The translations under genes and the position numbers were made by a program. Of a DNA stretch of 64,000 nucleotides, positions 52,171 through 64,000 are shown piece after piece. Source of the DNA: Vicugna vicugna (taxonomy: Eukaryota); assembly GCA_013265495.1 (NCBI GenBank), contig MU061560.1, positions 806,001 to 870,000 of the forward strand, written 5' to 3'. The notes below the pieces were generated by a model. The model was not told the DNA's origin. It made no database searches and saw nothing but the letters and a program-made list of their open reading frames with translations. The first letter of the stretch is position 1. The number at the start of each line of letters is the position of its first letter.

Positions 52171-52690
52171 TGTGAGGGAGGAACAACTTGTCCTCTGCCC
52201 TCTTAGGCTCAGTGACTAGGGGCTTGTGAATTAGATTAACAAAAGGTGGATTAACAGAAGAGAACACACTCAATTTTTATTAATATATATGCGTATGGGA
52301 GTTTGTAGAAAAAAGGTGAAACTCAGAGAAGTGCTTAGACTTAGGGACTTCGATCCCATTTTAACAAAGAGAGGGGATTTGGGCTTCAAGGCATGGTACA
52401 CGGCGGGGCAGTAACTAGTTAATATATAGGAAAGGTAACGGAAGATAAGGGCATAATAAGGTTTGTTTATGCAAACTCATTTTGAGGCTCTGTTTCTGTC
52501 TCCAGTGATAAGAGTAGCTCTCTTCTTCCAGGTGTGAGAGAAGGGGACATTTTCACAGACGAAAATGTACGTCCTGCCTTTAGGTAGATGAGGGGAGGGC
52601 AGAGAAATATTCTTGCTATCAGTCTGCTGTCCTTTATATAATCACTTTCCAAACAGGAAAAAAATCATTTTGTAAAGGTGCATAGGAATC
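52171..52690 (-). mobile_element. ERV1 LTR (MER34-like)
   Basis: Resembles 21260-21725: 'tgtgagggaggaacaac...cttaggctc...gattaacagaag', 'gtcctgcctttaggtagatgaggggagggcagagaa'. Confidence 0.65.
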
Positions 52691-52839
52691 TTTCTATTTT
52701 GGGAAGGGTTTGTTTCTTTTTAACTCAGCCTATGATTTGCATGTGGGTTTAGAACAGGGGGAGTAAGATGCCTTTGGGGTGAAAAAAAATTATGAATGCA
52801 AGTGTTGAGGGAGGGAGGGAGTTTGCTGACTGAAGGAAA

Positions 52840-54132
52840 GACAGATTAGATATATCCCTTTATGTATAAACTTTCAGCTCCTTCTGACCTGCGAGCCACT
52901 CCCTGAGCCACCTCTTTGTTCTGCAGTGTTTGTACTTTCTCTCTCTTCCCAGAAACAGGCTTTCCCCAGGTATTTGCATAGATGTATCATTCAGCCTCAA
53001 TTATAATGTCTACTCATTGTGGTCTCTCCTCAAAATCCAGTCTAATATAGTCCTGGGACATCTCTCCAAAGAAGACATACAGCTGGCCAACAAGCACACG
53101 AAAAGATGCTCAGCATCGCTAATTGTTAGAGAAATGTGAATCAAAGCTTCAATGAGATGTCACTTCACACCAGTCAGAATGGCCATCATTCAAAAGTCCA
53201 CAAATGGTAAATGCTGGAGAGGCTGTGGAAAAAAGGAATCCGCCTACGCTGTTGGTGGGAATGTTAATTGATGCAGCCACTATGGAGGACAGTGTGGAGG
53301 TTCCTTAAAAAAACTAAAAATAAACTTACCATATGATCCAGCAATTCCACACCTGGGCATATATCTGGAGAAAAATATAATTCAAAAAGACACATGCCCC
53401 AATGTTCACAGTAGCACTATTTACAACAGCCAAGATGTGGAAACGACCTAAATGTCCATGGACAGGTGACTAGATAAAGAAGTTGTGGTATATTTATACA
53501 ATGGAATACTACTCAGCCATATAAAAGAATAAAATTATGCCATTTGTAGCAACATAGTTGGACCTGGAGATTGTCATTCTAAGTGAAGTAAGCCAGAAAG
53601 AGAAAGAAAGATACCATATGATATTGCTTATATGTAGAATCTAGAAAAATGACACAAATGAACTTATTTACAAAACAGAAACAGACTCACATGGAGAACA
53701 GAATTATGGTTACCAGGGGCAAAGGAGGTGGGAAGGGATAAATCAGAAGTTTGAAGTTTGCACCTCTTGGGGAGCGATGGAAACATTAGGTGTCATGATT
53801 GTGGTGGTGGTTTCATAGGTGTCTACATCTATCAAATATTGGCAATTTACTGTGCAGGAATTATACCACAATAAAGGTGTAAAAAAAAAAATAGTCCTGG
53901 GAGTCACTCTCAGTCAGTCTCATTCACTTCATGGCACTTACCACTGTTAGCAGTTTCCTCACTCATACGTTTGTTTATCTGTGTATTGTGTAACTCCATT
54001 AGACACACCACACACTCCAGAAGAACACAGACTGGGTCTTTTTAATCCACTGCCCTAGCCCCAGCCACTATAATGTCACCTAGTAATAAATGCTAAATCA
54101 ATATCTGTGGGCTGAGTGAGTGACTGAATAAG
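52840..54132 (+). mobile_element. L2 relic split by the L1 copy B insertion
   Basis: L2 3' end 'atgtcacctagt...aatgctaaatcaatatctgtgggctgagtgagtgactgaat'. Confidence 0.55.
53059..53890 (+). mobile_element. 5'-truncated camelid L1 (copy B) with chimeric 3' end
   Basis: ORF2 C-terminus, 3'UTR, AATAAA and poly(A). Perfect 12-bp TSD atagtcctggga (53047-53058 / 53891-53902). Confidence 0.93.
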
Positions 54133-54177
54133 AGAATGGTTTGGTGAAGTATGTGGAAGGTGATGAGTTCACCTAGG

Positions 54178-55561
54178 GCAGCTATTTATAAATTTTCTGT
54201 CCCAAGATCTCATTACATTTAAAATTATTAAGTATCGATGATATTTAATGTACAGCAATTAAATCTAAAAAATTGAGAAATATTTAGCCAAGCATTACAT
54301 TAAAAGTAATAACAATAATAAATCTGTTACATCTGAACATAAAAAATCTTTTTAATATAAATATTTTCCAAAGCAAAATAAAAAGTATTTTTCAAAACAG
54401 AATAAGTATGAGGAGTGGCAGTGTTTTACACTTTACTAAACTCTTTAATGTCTGGCTTAATATAAGACATCGGGGCTGTCATATCTGCTTTGCATTCGAA
54501 AGTTGTGATATGTTATTTTGGTTAAAGCATATGAAGAAAATTCAGCCGCACATAGATATGCAGTTGGAAAAGGGAAGGATGGTTTAATAGCCTTTTCAGA
54601 TAATTGTGGCTACTCTTCTTTGCTTCTAACCAACCTCGACAAGTGATAGTTTCTTAAGATTAGTTGCAATGTGGAATCTGAGACTTTATCAATAAGCTTT
54701 CTGTACTTAGTTGAATAAAAATCCCATAGATCTATCTTACACTTTGGATGGGTGGGTCTTGTTCTGAAGTGTGATTTTGTATTATATTGCACTGGTCATT
54801 TGAAAAATATTAATTCACAGGGTTATGTAGGTATTTCGAATGCTGGCATATTTCATTATATAACCCCCCCCAAATCATATTTGTTAATATCACCACTGAT
54901 AATATCCTAAGTCTTTAAGTACTGGGAAGCTGTCAAGCTTATGGTGGCAGATAAAAGTTTTCAAATTTAATTTTTAGTTGAAAGTTGTATTTCTATCATT
55001 GGCATCAAATGCTTGCAGTGACTTTTCTTGATTTTATTGATTTTAAAAGAATTTCTGCCCAACATACAAGACTGAATGGTCATAGCTTGTCGGTTACATT
55101 TTTAATTAAAATGTTTTGTGAAAAAGTGGCTAGTTGAGCTTGCAACTCAAGTAACTGCTCAAGTGTTTTTTCTTGAGATAATCCTCATACCTCAGTATGC
55201 AGCCAAAGTGCTTTGTGTATCCTTGTGCACGCAAAGGTTGAGATTTAGTAAAATTAATTTTTACTGCCTTATCAATCTTTTGAGTCACTGTAATGGAATA
55301 GGTGACTGTTTTTTTTTTCCATGAGTGGATGGCAATTAAGAATAGCATGACTTCTAACCACAGTTTTCTGCTTGTTTCATGCTGGGCCCCCTGCATTTTC
55401 CCCCACCATTGTGTTCACACCGTCAGTACAAATGTTAACTCTTCGAAAAGGGAAAGCATTATCATAAAAATAAATGCTGACTTTGTCTACCCCTGAAAAG
55501 AAACCCTTCTCCTTCCCCTTCCTTCCAGCGGGGCCCTGGGGCCATTGTTTGAAAAGTGCTG
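54178..55561. mobile_element. Charlie2-like hAT DNA transposon relic
   Basis: 'ctctttaatgtctggcttaata...gaagaaaattcagcc...gatatgcagttggaaaagggaagg', ending 'tttgaaaagtgctg'. Confidence 0.7.
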
Positions 55562-56381
55562 CTCTGGCTCATAGTTGCTGGAGGCCAGAGGTAAGCTATA
55601 AAATAATAGTGAGCAGACAGCTTTTAAATCCGAACGTCAATCCAATTGAATTTACAAATACTAAACTCAAGGCAATATTTTCTTCCTCCATTCTCTTATC
55701 TGTAAGTATCTCCCCAGAAATGAGCCTGTAGGATGAAGGCAGCAGCTGCGAGGTGCCTTGTGCAGCTGGCGACTGCAGTTACAGAGGCTTGCTCCTCCCG
55801 TTGCTCTGTTAGGACTCTGTCCCTCTGCACAGGAGGCAGGTCTTATGTTTGTGTTCTGTGTTTCAGGAGCATCTCTGCAGATGGGCGGAGTAAGAGTGAG
55901 TGAAAACGGGCCAGTGTAGGTAGCAACCCGTACGTTTTAAAATCCACCTCCTAAAAGTGGTTCTGCGGTAATGCTGGCCACACTTCTTGAAGAAATTAGA
56001 ATCTGACCAATCCTGATGAACAAGCCATCATTAAGAAACTTGTACCATTTTATAGGAAAGCATATTGTTTTATACTGGTGACTGAGGTAGCTTCTCGTAG
56101 ATTGATATAAATATCTGGAAAGCTGAAATAATGTATGTGTTCTGCAAAATAGCAATCCCCAATTTTGGAACAAGTGGGCAGTTTTATGGATAATTGTAGA
56201 TGATGGTACCAGCAGGACTCACATATTGTCCTGCCATTTCTTTGGAAAGACATCGTGATTAGGTGAAACTCCTTTGGTGTTGAGTTCAACTTTTGAATCA
56301 CATTCAATACACTGACATTTGTAATAAGTACCACTTGTCGATTTTTAAAATAATGGTTGTATACAGATTTTTTTTTTGATT

Positions 56382-56540
56382 CAGTGGTTTCCAAATGTGG
56401 CTGCACATTAGAATTATATAAAATAACAATCGTGAGTCCCACCCTGGACCACAGACTCTGGGGCCAGGGCCTCGGGCATTGGTCTTTTTTGATTTGAAGC
56501 ACTTCAACTGATTTTAATGTGCGGCCAAGGTTGAGCACTG
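56382..56540. mobile_element. MER5A-like MITE
   Basis: cagtggtttccaaatgtggctgcacattagaatta...gtgcggccaaggttgagcactg. Confidence 0.75.
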
Positions 56541-59509
56541 TTTCAGTCTCTGAGCCATCTTCCTGGTAGCATTTTAGGCCTTTGAGGAGCTGGATTAACC
56601 CTTTCAAGCCTTCACAATTCCATTTAGGGTGTCCTGGTGGGATTACTAATTGATAAATCTGATTTCAAAAAAACAAAGAAATGAATCAATCTGTACATAA
56701 AGAAGGACGGAAGAGCAGTGTGTCTCTTTGAGGAGAACAGAGCGGCGAAGCTGGAGGAGGCTGCTTTCTTAGCAATAATAATTACTGTGAAGCATTTCTT
56801 TCAAAAGTAATTTTCTTCCTAAAGCACTATCCATATCATTTTTGTCCCTGGGTTAGACGTCTATAATCAGATCAAAGGGTTCAGCTTCTTCCTCTAAGTG
56901 ACAGTAATCATCTATATGCTATTTCCACTTAGTAACAGGAGAAGAGGAAAATATATTTTGTAAATTATCATTTGCTGTACGAAGCTTCCCAGCTGTCACA
57001 TGGGCTGAAGTATTAAAGCATTCATGAGCTTAAATAACCTCTCCTTGTTGTTTCTTCCACTTCAGGAAGATTTTAGGGAAAGTAATTAAGCCCAAACTGT
57101 CAGAAGCGCCTCATAAGAATTATTTTCAGCAGGGACAGTAGCTGTAACAACCGTCTGAAAATTAAACTCACTTTAATCAGGATAATCTAAAATCAATTAT
57201 ACCCACCAGCACTGAGCAGGCATGTCAAACTTAGTTTGTAAACTGAGACTCTTTGCAGAGTGGGTGACATTCTAAATAAGTAGATATCAGAGTCCCTCCT
57301 TGTTGAGTATTTGCCGTGCTGTGGGCAACAGCACGCGGGGGCAGATTGCCGGGAAAATGCACCCCTGAGTCCCCGATTTAAGTCAGGAGGCATGAGCTCT
57401 AGCATTTAGAGATTTTTGTTTTCTTTCCCATACACTTTCCAAAATATGTTATCTTAAATTCCAGTAACTGCCATAGACTTTATTTTGATGTCTGGTATTT
57501 AAGTAAATGTTGATCCTAGATGGGACCCCCAAAATGTACCCCAATTGTAAGTGGACTACTTGGCCTGCAGTTGCCTGTTAAGACATCCCATCTCACCCAG
57601 TCTCCCCCACCCCTTGCTCATAGACCTCAACATCCCTGTTATGAATTTTACTCTTAAAAAGTTGAAGAACAGCATAGATGTCTACGGCTGCTCTGTTTGA
57701 AACAGCAAGATAGGAATTTTATACAGTGTGGCACTTAAAAATCTTCCTAAAAACTTCTCCAGATATTGTTTGCTCTGCCCAAGGGTTCCCACTCAGGGCA
57801 GCTGCTACAAATGTCTGCCTCTGCTTTCTTCCTGTAATCCCCTGACCATTCGGCTGCTTCTGCCCCTTCCTTGCCTTATGCTCTGCTATGCTTGTGCGCC
57901 ACACTCCTGACAACTGCCTGTTTCTATCCCTCAGCTCTCTGGCAATCACACTTACCATTTGCTTTCCTTATTCAAATTCAGTCCCCCAGACCCTCTGGAA
58001 TTCTGTTGCGTGCAATTCTCTCAATTCTCTGCCTCATTACATTTTCCCCTTAGCAAAAATCTCTGTTGGGGCACAGAGAGGCACACAGTACACATTTTTT
58101 GCTTCCTGGGATTCCTTCCTTTTCACGGTTCAAGATCCCTTTCTTTTCGTTCTTTGAGGTGAATGAGATTTTTCTTCATTTAATCTGAAGGCCTCGCCGG
58201 GCTCAGTCTGGCTGTGCCAGTCAGCTTTCCCCGGCATCTCTGAGAACTCACACATTCATACTGGGATTTCATTTCCTCTTCCTTTAGGGGTTCTACTCCT
58301 ATAATGAGAGTTAAAATTCTCAAGATGCAGTTTGTCACTACATGTCTCTGAGTCACAACCAGAACAGTGTACAGCTATCTTCACCCCTGTGGGGGACTCT
58401 AAAATGGCCATAGATGGATATCTGGGTACCAAAAGCCATGGCCAACCTGCCATACGAAAAGCAGATCAGGGAGTCGTTTCCAAGCTGAGCCCTGCATTGA
58501 TTCAGGGATAGGGAAGACGCCAACCGCTTTAGCTGAAATCAGTGAACTGGCTTATCCCTGTCCCGTAGCATCTTTCCTCTTGTGGCTTCAACTTCAAGAT
58601 GCTGAGGCATTTCTGTGGCACTCTTTTCCTTAGCATCACTGTAATTTGTGTTTTTCATTAGCTTAACCAATAGTGAGCATTTAGGGAGACTTCCAAGCTT
58701 CAGTAAACTTTAGTCTCTTAAATAACTCTTTCACAAATTTGGTCCAAATGTGCCCGATTTTCCAAGCTGTACTTCACCATTCCAGGTAGCTGGCTCTCAT
58801 TTGAACACACAGTGGAAGAGCATTTCTTATTTTCTTTCTGGTTGCTGATTATAGATTTGAAGTACAAATCCAAACTACTCCTCTCCCTATAATTTAATCT
58901 CCCCAAGGAAGTGAGGCTATCTACCACCAACATGGAGGTTCTGATGACTATGAATCCATTCATTATCATTATTACTAGACCCTACAAAGAAGGCTTGACA
59001 CTGCAAACAAAGTGTTTTGTTTGGGTTGCGTATCATTGTGAAATAGATATTAGCACTCATCCAGCATTTTATCTTCCCTTGAGTAGGCACTGCTGGATCT
59101 GTTGTCTCACCGAGTAGCAGTTGGTCAATGCAGAGTGATGGTGGCTTCCTTTACATGGAACATGTGCTTTCCGGCTAGCGACAGTCCTTCCAACTGCTAA
59201 TTCTTTGACATCCGGTGTCTCTCATTCATGTTACCTGATTAACCCAGGGAGGCTTTTTGTGTTTACCACACATGGTATAGACTCTTACCTAGTCTGCAGA
59301 ACTTCCATCTCTAAACATCATTTGAAGTCATTTTTCCATCCCTGATAAAGAACTCTTGAGGATACTTCCACATTTTCTGGTAGAAAAGAGCCTGTGCTAG
59401 TAGGTTCATATCTGCTTAGTTCCAAGTTCCAAGTTAGAAACAAACTCCAAGAACATTTGGTGAATCAGGATAAAGGTTTAAAATAAGCCTTAGTGTATCT
59501 GCCACCATC

Positions 59510-59640
59510 TACTTTCCTTCCCTCCATCCCGCCCATTCTTCCTTCCATTCTTTTTTTCCTCCCTCCCTCTCTCCCTTCTTTCCTCTCTTCTTCCTTCTAT
59601 TCCTCTGTTCTTCTTCCCTTCTCTGTGTCCCTCTCTTTGC
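59510..59640. repeat. CT-rich low-complexity tract
   Basis: Read directly from the sequence. Confidence 0.85.
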
Positions 59641-59849
59641 TGCATTTTTTTGGGTCACACATTTATTAATCAAATTCTCAGTGTACATGCTTCCTTTGTG
59701 TTATGCTTGTCGTGGCACAGAGTGATAAGTAAAACCACATTCAGTTTTTATAATCATGAAATTCAGGATAGGGCTGCCCTTAGGGAAAGAGGGTAAATGA
59801 CAATGTAGTAAACATATTAAAAAATACTAGTAGCACAACACCAGACCAC

Positions 59850-60680
59850 AGGGTTTGTAGGTATGCTATGGTTTTAGAATGTAACCTAGGAGTCATGAGA
59901 AAGCATTGAAAGATTTTAAGCAGTGGTGAGTGTATGTGCGTTGGATGGTATGTATCTGTGCATGGAGGAAGATTGTCAAGGATCTGAGTGGAAGAAGGCA
60001 GACTAGTTACGAAGCTTTTGTAATAATTTAGGTGAGAAAGAATGGCATCTTGGATGAGGGTGGAAGCAGTGATAATGGAGAGAAGGGAGAAGATTAAAAA
60101 GAGATTTAAAGAGAGTCAACAGGCCTTTACCACATGGGACGTAAGGTACAGGGAGGGATCAAGAATGGGTCCTGGGGTTCTAGGGGCTCCACAAGATGGG
60201 TGGTGTTACTGCCTTTGCACCAAGGAACCCTGCTCAAGTTTGAGGGGAAGATCATTAACTAATTAGGAGCTTAGGAGATGTTGTGTTTAAGGTGTATTTA
60301 AGTTCCTTATGGAGATGAATTTAGGCTATGAGCAGAACTGGCTACATGATTTGTAGGACCCAGTGCAAAATAAAATATGGAGACTTTTATTAAAAAATTA
60401 TTAATAATTTCAACATGGCTACTGCAGAGCATTAAACCAAAGGATGGTCCTTCTAAGCACGTGGCCCTTCTAAGCACAGGGCCCTGTGTGACTGTGTATA
60501 CTGCATGCCCCTGAATGTCTTGAGAATCTGGTTATGAATCTGGAGCTCAGAGAAGACTTCTGGACTTGGAAATAAACATTTGGGAGCCATAGGATGATAA
60601 CTAAAGGTGTGGGCTTGGGTACAATTCTCTAAAGAGATTTCAATGAGTGAGAAAAAAGAAAACCTCCAAGGACATCAACA
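59850..60680 (-). mobile_element. L2 relic with a MER45A-like hAT element inserted (~60333-60515)
   Basis: L2 'cattgaaagattttaagcag...gcagtgataatggagagaagg'; MER45A 'ggctacatgatttgtaggacccagtgcaaaat...cagagcattaaacc...gggccctgtgtgactg'. Confidence 0.65.
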
Positions 60681-60778
60681 GCTGCAAGAGAGCTTCTAAG
60701 AACTCTAACTTCTCAAGAAATCAGAAATATCCTGAGTCACAAACCGATTTCTAGGAAATTACTTACGTGGAATTTTTA

Positions 60779-60960
60779 TTTTTAAAATTAATTAATTAAT
60801 TAGTTAATTGAGGTATAGTTGTTTTACAATATTATATTTAATGTCAGGTGTACAACATAGTGATACAATATATACACCATTGGATTACAATCCATTTAAA
60901 GTTCGTACAAAATAATGGCTATATTTCCCTGTGGCGCACAATATATCCTTGTTGCTGATT
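60779..60960 (-). mobile_element. Short L1 3'-terminal fragment (same type as the 5126 end)
   Basis: 'gaggtatagttgttttacaatattata...caggtgtacaacatagtgat...ggctatatttccctgtg'. Flanking gaattttta repeat. Confidence 0.75.
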
Positions 60961-61810
60961 TTAGGCAGAATTTTTAAAACTTCCTCGATCTAGTGAACTC
61001 ACATAATGTGGTAAAGCCGGATTGTCTGCCTGATGGCATTCAGTCTAAACTATGCAATATGCCCAAAAGATTAATTCCATGTCAGTGTGGACTCCAAAAC
61101 ACAGCGCCACGATGGGAACCACCATTGCCTGAATCTTGACCACGCTCGTTCTTGTCACCCGGGTCGCGCTGTAGGCTTGCAATCCATGGCTGGAGAAATG
61201 GGTGTGGCTGGCAGCCTCACTCTCTTTTTTCTCTTTTCAGTTAAGCATTGATGACTGTTTGTGACCTGTAGGGGGCTGAAGACACTTCTAAGGGAGGAAG
61301 TGGAGGGAAGGGTGCCAGAAAGCTCCTACAGAACGGTATGTGCTGTGACTCTGTTTGATATCTGTTATCTATTGTCTTGAATCTTGATTGAAACTTTCGT
61401 TTTAATTTTTGTTATAAAAGAATATGACATCCAAGTCCCCATTCTGGGGCATGATTCCAAAATTGCTTTGTCTATAAGCTGCTGATAAAGAACTGCTGGT
61501 TGGAACCTTAGTCTTTGGCTGAACTGTTTAGGTCCTTTTTTAGCTTACTCAAATAAAAGATGCTATGGAATCAGGGCCAAATCTAGTCCTGAATCAGGGA
61601 AGTCCTTCCGGAGCCTGGGTAAGGTTATCAGGTGAGAAGGGGGAGCAGAGGTGATAAGGTTTGAGCTGAGTGTGTTATATTGACAGCTCAGCACATTCAA
61701 AAGCATGAGTGAGAGAGCTGGAGAACTCAGGGAAGTAGGAGGCATTCAGGAGAGCTGATCAGAAGAGCTGGAGAAAGATTGTCTGTGAAAGATAAGACTG
61801 AGAGCTAGGA

Positions 61811-62396
61811 ATTTACAATAGCCAAGGCATGGAAACAACCTAAATGTCCATTGACAGATGACTGGATAAAGTAGTGGCATATTTATACAATGGAATACTA
61901 TTCAGCTGTAAAAAGAACAACATAATAACATTTGCAGTAAAGTGGATGTCCCTGGAGATCATCATTCTAAGTGAAGTAAGCCAGAAAGAGAAAGAAAAAT
62001 ACCATATGAGATCGCTCATATGTGGAATCTAAAAAAAAAGAAGAAGAAGACAAATGAACTTAAATATAAAAGAGAAACAGACTCACAGACATAGAATACA
62101 AACTTGTGGCTGTCAGAGGGAGGCAGAGTGGGAAGGGACAGACTGGGAGTTCAAGATTTGTAGATACTGACAGGTATATATAGAATAGATAAACAAGTTT
62201 ATACTGTATAGCACAAGGAAATATATACAAGATATTGTAGTAGCTCACAGTGAAAAAGAATATGACAATGAATATATGTATATTCATGTATGACAGAAAA
62301 ATTGTGCTGTACATCAGAAATTGATACAACATTGTAAACTGACTATTACTCAATTAAAAGAAAGTCACAGACAGGAAAAATTGAAAAAAAAAAAAG
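61811..62396 (+). mobile_element. 5'-truncated camelid L1
   Basis: 3'UTR and poly(A). 17-bp TSD aagactgagagctagga (61794-61810) / aagactgagagttagga (62397-62413). Confidence 0.93.
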
Positions 62397-63759
62397 AAGA
62401 CTGAGAGTTAGGAGAAGCTGGACTATGAAGGGCCTGGTGACTGATTTAAAGCAATGGAGGAGAGTAATGGACAGTTTATAGTGGAGATGGGATATGATGA
62501 AAATTTCAAAAGACAATCCAGGCTCCAGTGTGGGGAACAGGTTGGAAGAAGCAAGGAGAACAGTTAGAAGGCTCTTCTAGTAATTTCTCTCACAGCAGTC
62601 TATGCCAGGTATTAAATGTATTAAACAGGTCCATTTGCCAATCTAGGTAGTATTAAAAAACAACTCTTTCTGTGCACTATGTTGTTTAACAATCTTCCTC
62701 CAAGAAGCATAGGAAGAATTTGGCAAATGTAAGGATATCCCCAAAAGGGACATGGCCATGACACAGAGTCAAAATACAGAGCCCTTTAAGGATAGACTAA
62801 GCCACTGGCAACTCCAGCATGCACAATGTGGTCTCTTCTTGTGTCAGAAGCCCTAATAAAATGCAGTAAATTCTTTCCCGCAATTTCCTAAGGATGAAGG
62901 GAGGATGGACCTTAGATTTCAAAGCAGAAACCAACAAATGAAAGCATTAGTTCCAATTTTCCTCATTTAAAAAAAATACTTATAACCAAAATTTCTCTTC
63001 AGTTTCCTTTACTCAGACCTGACTAATTGACTAATTGTTAATTGATTAATTGTTCACATAAGAGACTCTCTGCATTTATAGAATCCAAATTATTGACAGT
63101 CTTAATGATTGAGAATCTCCTTAGTGTAATTTTCTATTTTTACCCTTTATCTATAATTTCCTCCAGATCATCTTTTGGCTAATTCCCCATCCTTCATGCT
63201 GACCTTTCCTGTTATCTTTTTATAAGTATTAGAACATTATAATTTTATTGTATTTGATTAATTTTTATTAGAGTCTCCTATTTCTTATTTAGAACAAGAA
63301 AAGGAGTCCATAAATGGTCCCACTGACTTGTAAGTCTGCGCCGTAATCTAGGTGACTTGGGTCCTTCCAATTAAATATTTTTAGGAGGCCAGCAACTGGA
63401 ATTTTATAAATTCAAGCTCCAAAAAACAAATGGTTGTATTTTATTTCTGATGCTGAGGGTATATGAGTACATTCCCCAATGGCTAAACCTATTTTTCCAC
63501 ACCCGTCCACCCTGAGACTCATATCCCTCTGACTCATTTACTTTGCTCAGTATGTGTCCAGGAAGTGGATACGTTGTAGACTGTTCCTCTCTTACTTTTG
63601 TTTTCAGCTCAGCAGGATGCCATCACTATTGATAGAAGATATTTGGGTAGAGATAACATATAGAAACTTTCAAAAATAGCCAAATAAATTGCTTGGGTTT
63701 AAAAACATTCTATGTGTCTCCAGAATACAACTGCTGCATTCAAAACGAGTGAAAACACA

Positions 63760-64000
63760 AACGTTGTATCAAAAAACAAAAACAGCCCAATAAGAAAAAA
63801 TGGGCAGAAGACCTAAATAGACATCTCTCCAAAGAAGACATACAGGTGGCCAACAGTCACATGGAAAAGATGCTAAACGTTGCTAAATATCAGAGAAATG
63901 CAAATCAAAACTACAATGAGGTATCACTTCACACTGGTCAGAAAGGTTTAGCATCAAAAAATCTGCAATTAATACATGCTGAAGGGGATATGGAGCAAGA
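63760..64000 (+). mobile_element. L1 ORF2 C-terminal region, running off the window
   Basis: 'aaatgggcagaagacctaaatagacatctctccaaagaagacatacagg...gaaatgcaaatcaaaactacaatgaggtatcac'. Confidence 0.85.

Noticed and set aside
41376..53058. Inversion between the inverted L1 copies
   Set aside because: Both TSD pairs are in the unrearranged configuration, so there is no net inversion in this haplotype.
56050..56607. Longest ORF in the track (185 aa, minus)
   Set aside because: It has a non-ATG start, runs through a MER5A-like MITE and shows no recognisable domain, so it is a chance ORF.
57520..58570. Possible additional LTR/ERV relic
   Set aside because: The composition is LTR-like, but I could not establish termini, a TSD or a family.
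1..64000. CRISPR arrays, operons or a novel multi-gene protein system
   Set aside because: This is mammalian repeat-rich DNA with no regularly spaced repeat-spacer arrays. All recognisable peptides come from decayed retroelements.

Overview
This is repeat-rich mammalian nuclear DNA, most likely from a camelid (alpaca, llama or camel), judged from three tRNA-derived Vic-1-type SINEs and camelid-type L1 3' UTRs. I found no supportable host protein-coding exon, so the window looks intergenic or deep intronic. Nearly all ORFs in the track are spurious or are decayed L1 ORF1/ORF2 or ERVL gag fragments. The window holds one full-length decayed L1 (5126-11807, minus, with TSD), many 5'-truncated L1s, solo LTRs (ERV1, ERVL, MaLR), hAT and Tigger DNA-transposon fossils, and MIR/L2/CR1 relics. 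The strongest observations are: (1) an apparent ~360-bp gene-conversion tract between two inverted L1 copies ~12.5 kb apart; (2) a chimeric 3' end shared by those two L1s; (3) a 39-nt tailless 5S rRNA retrocopy with a TSD inside the full-length L1; (4) a perfect RFX X-box and a CpG-rich CTCF-like segment in unique DNA. I see no evidence for a new protein-coding system. Repeat family names come from recalled consensus sequences, not a database search, and boundaries without a stated TSD are approximate.
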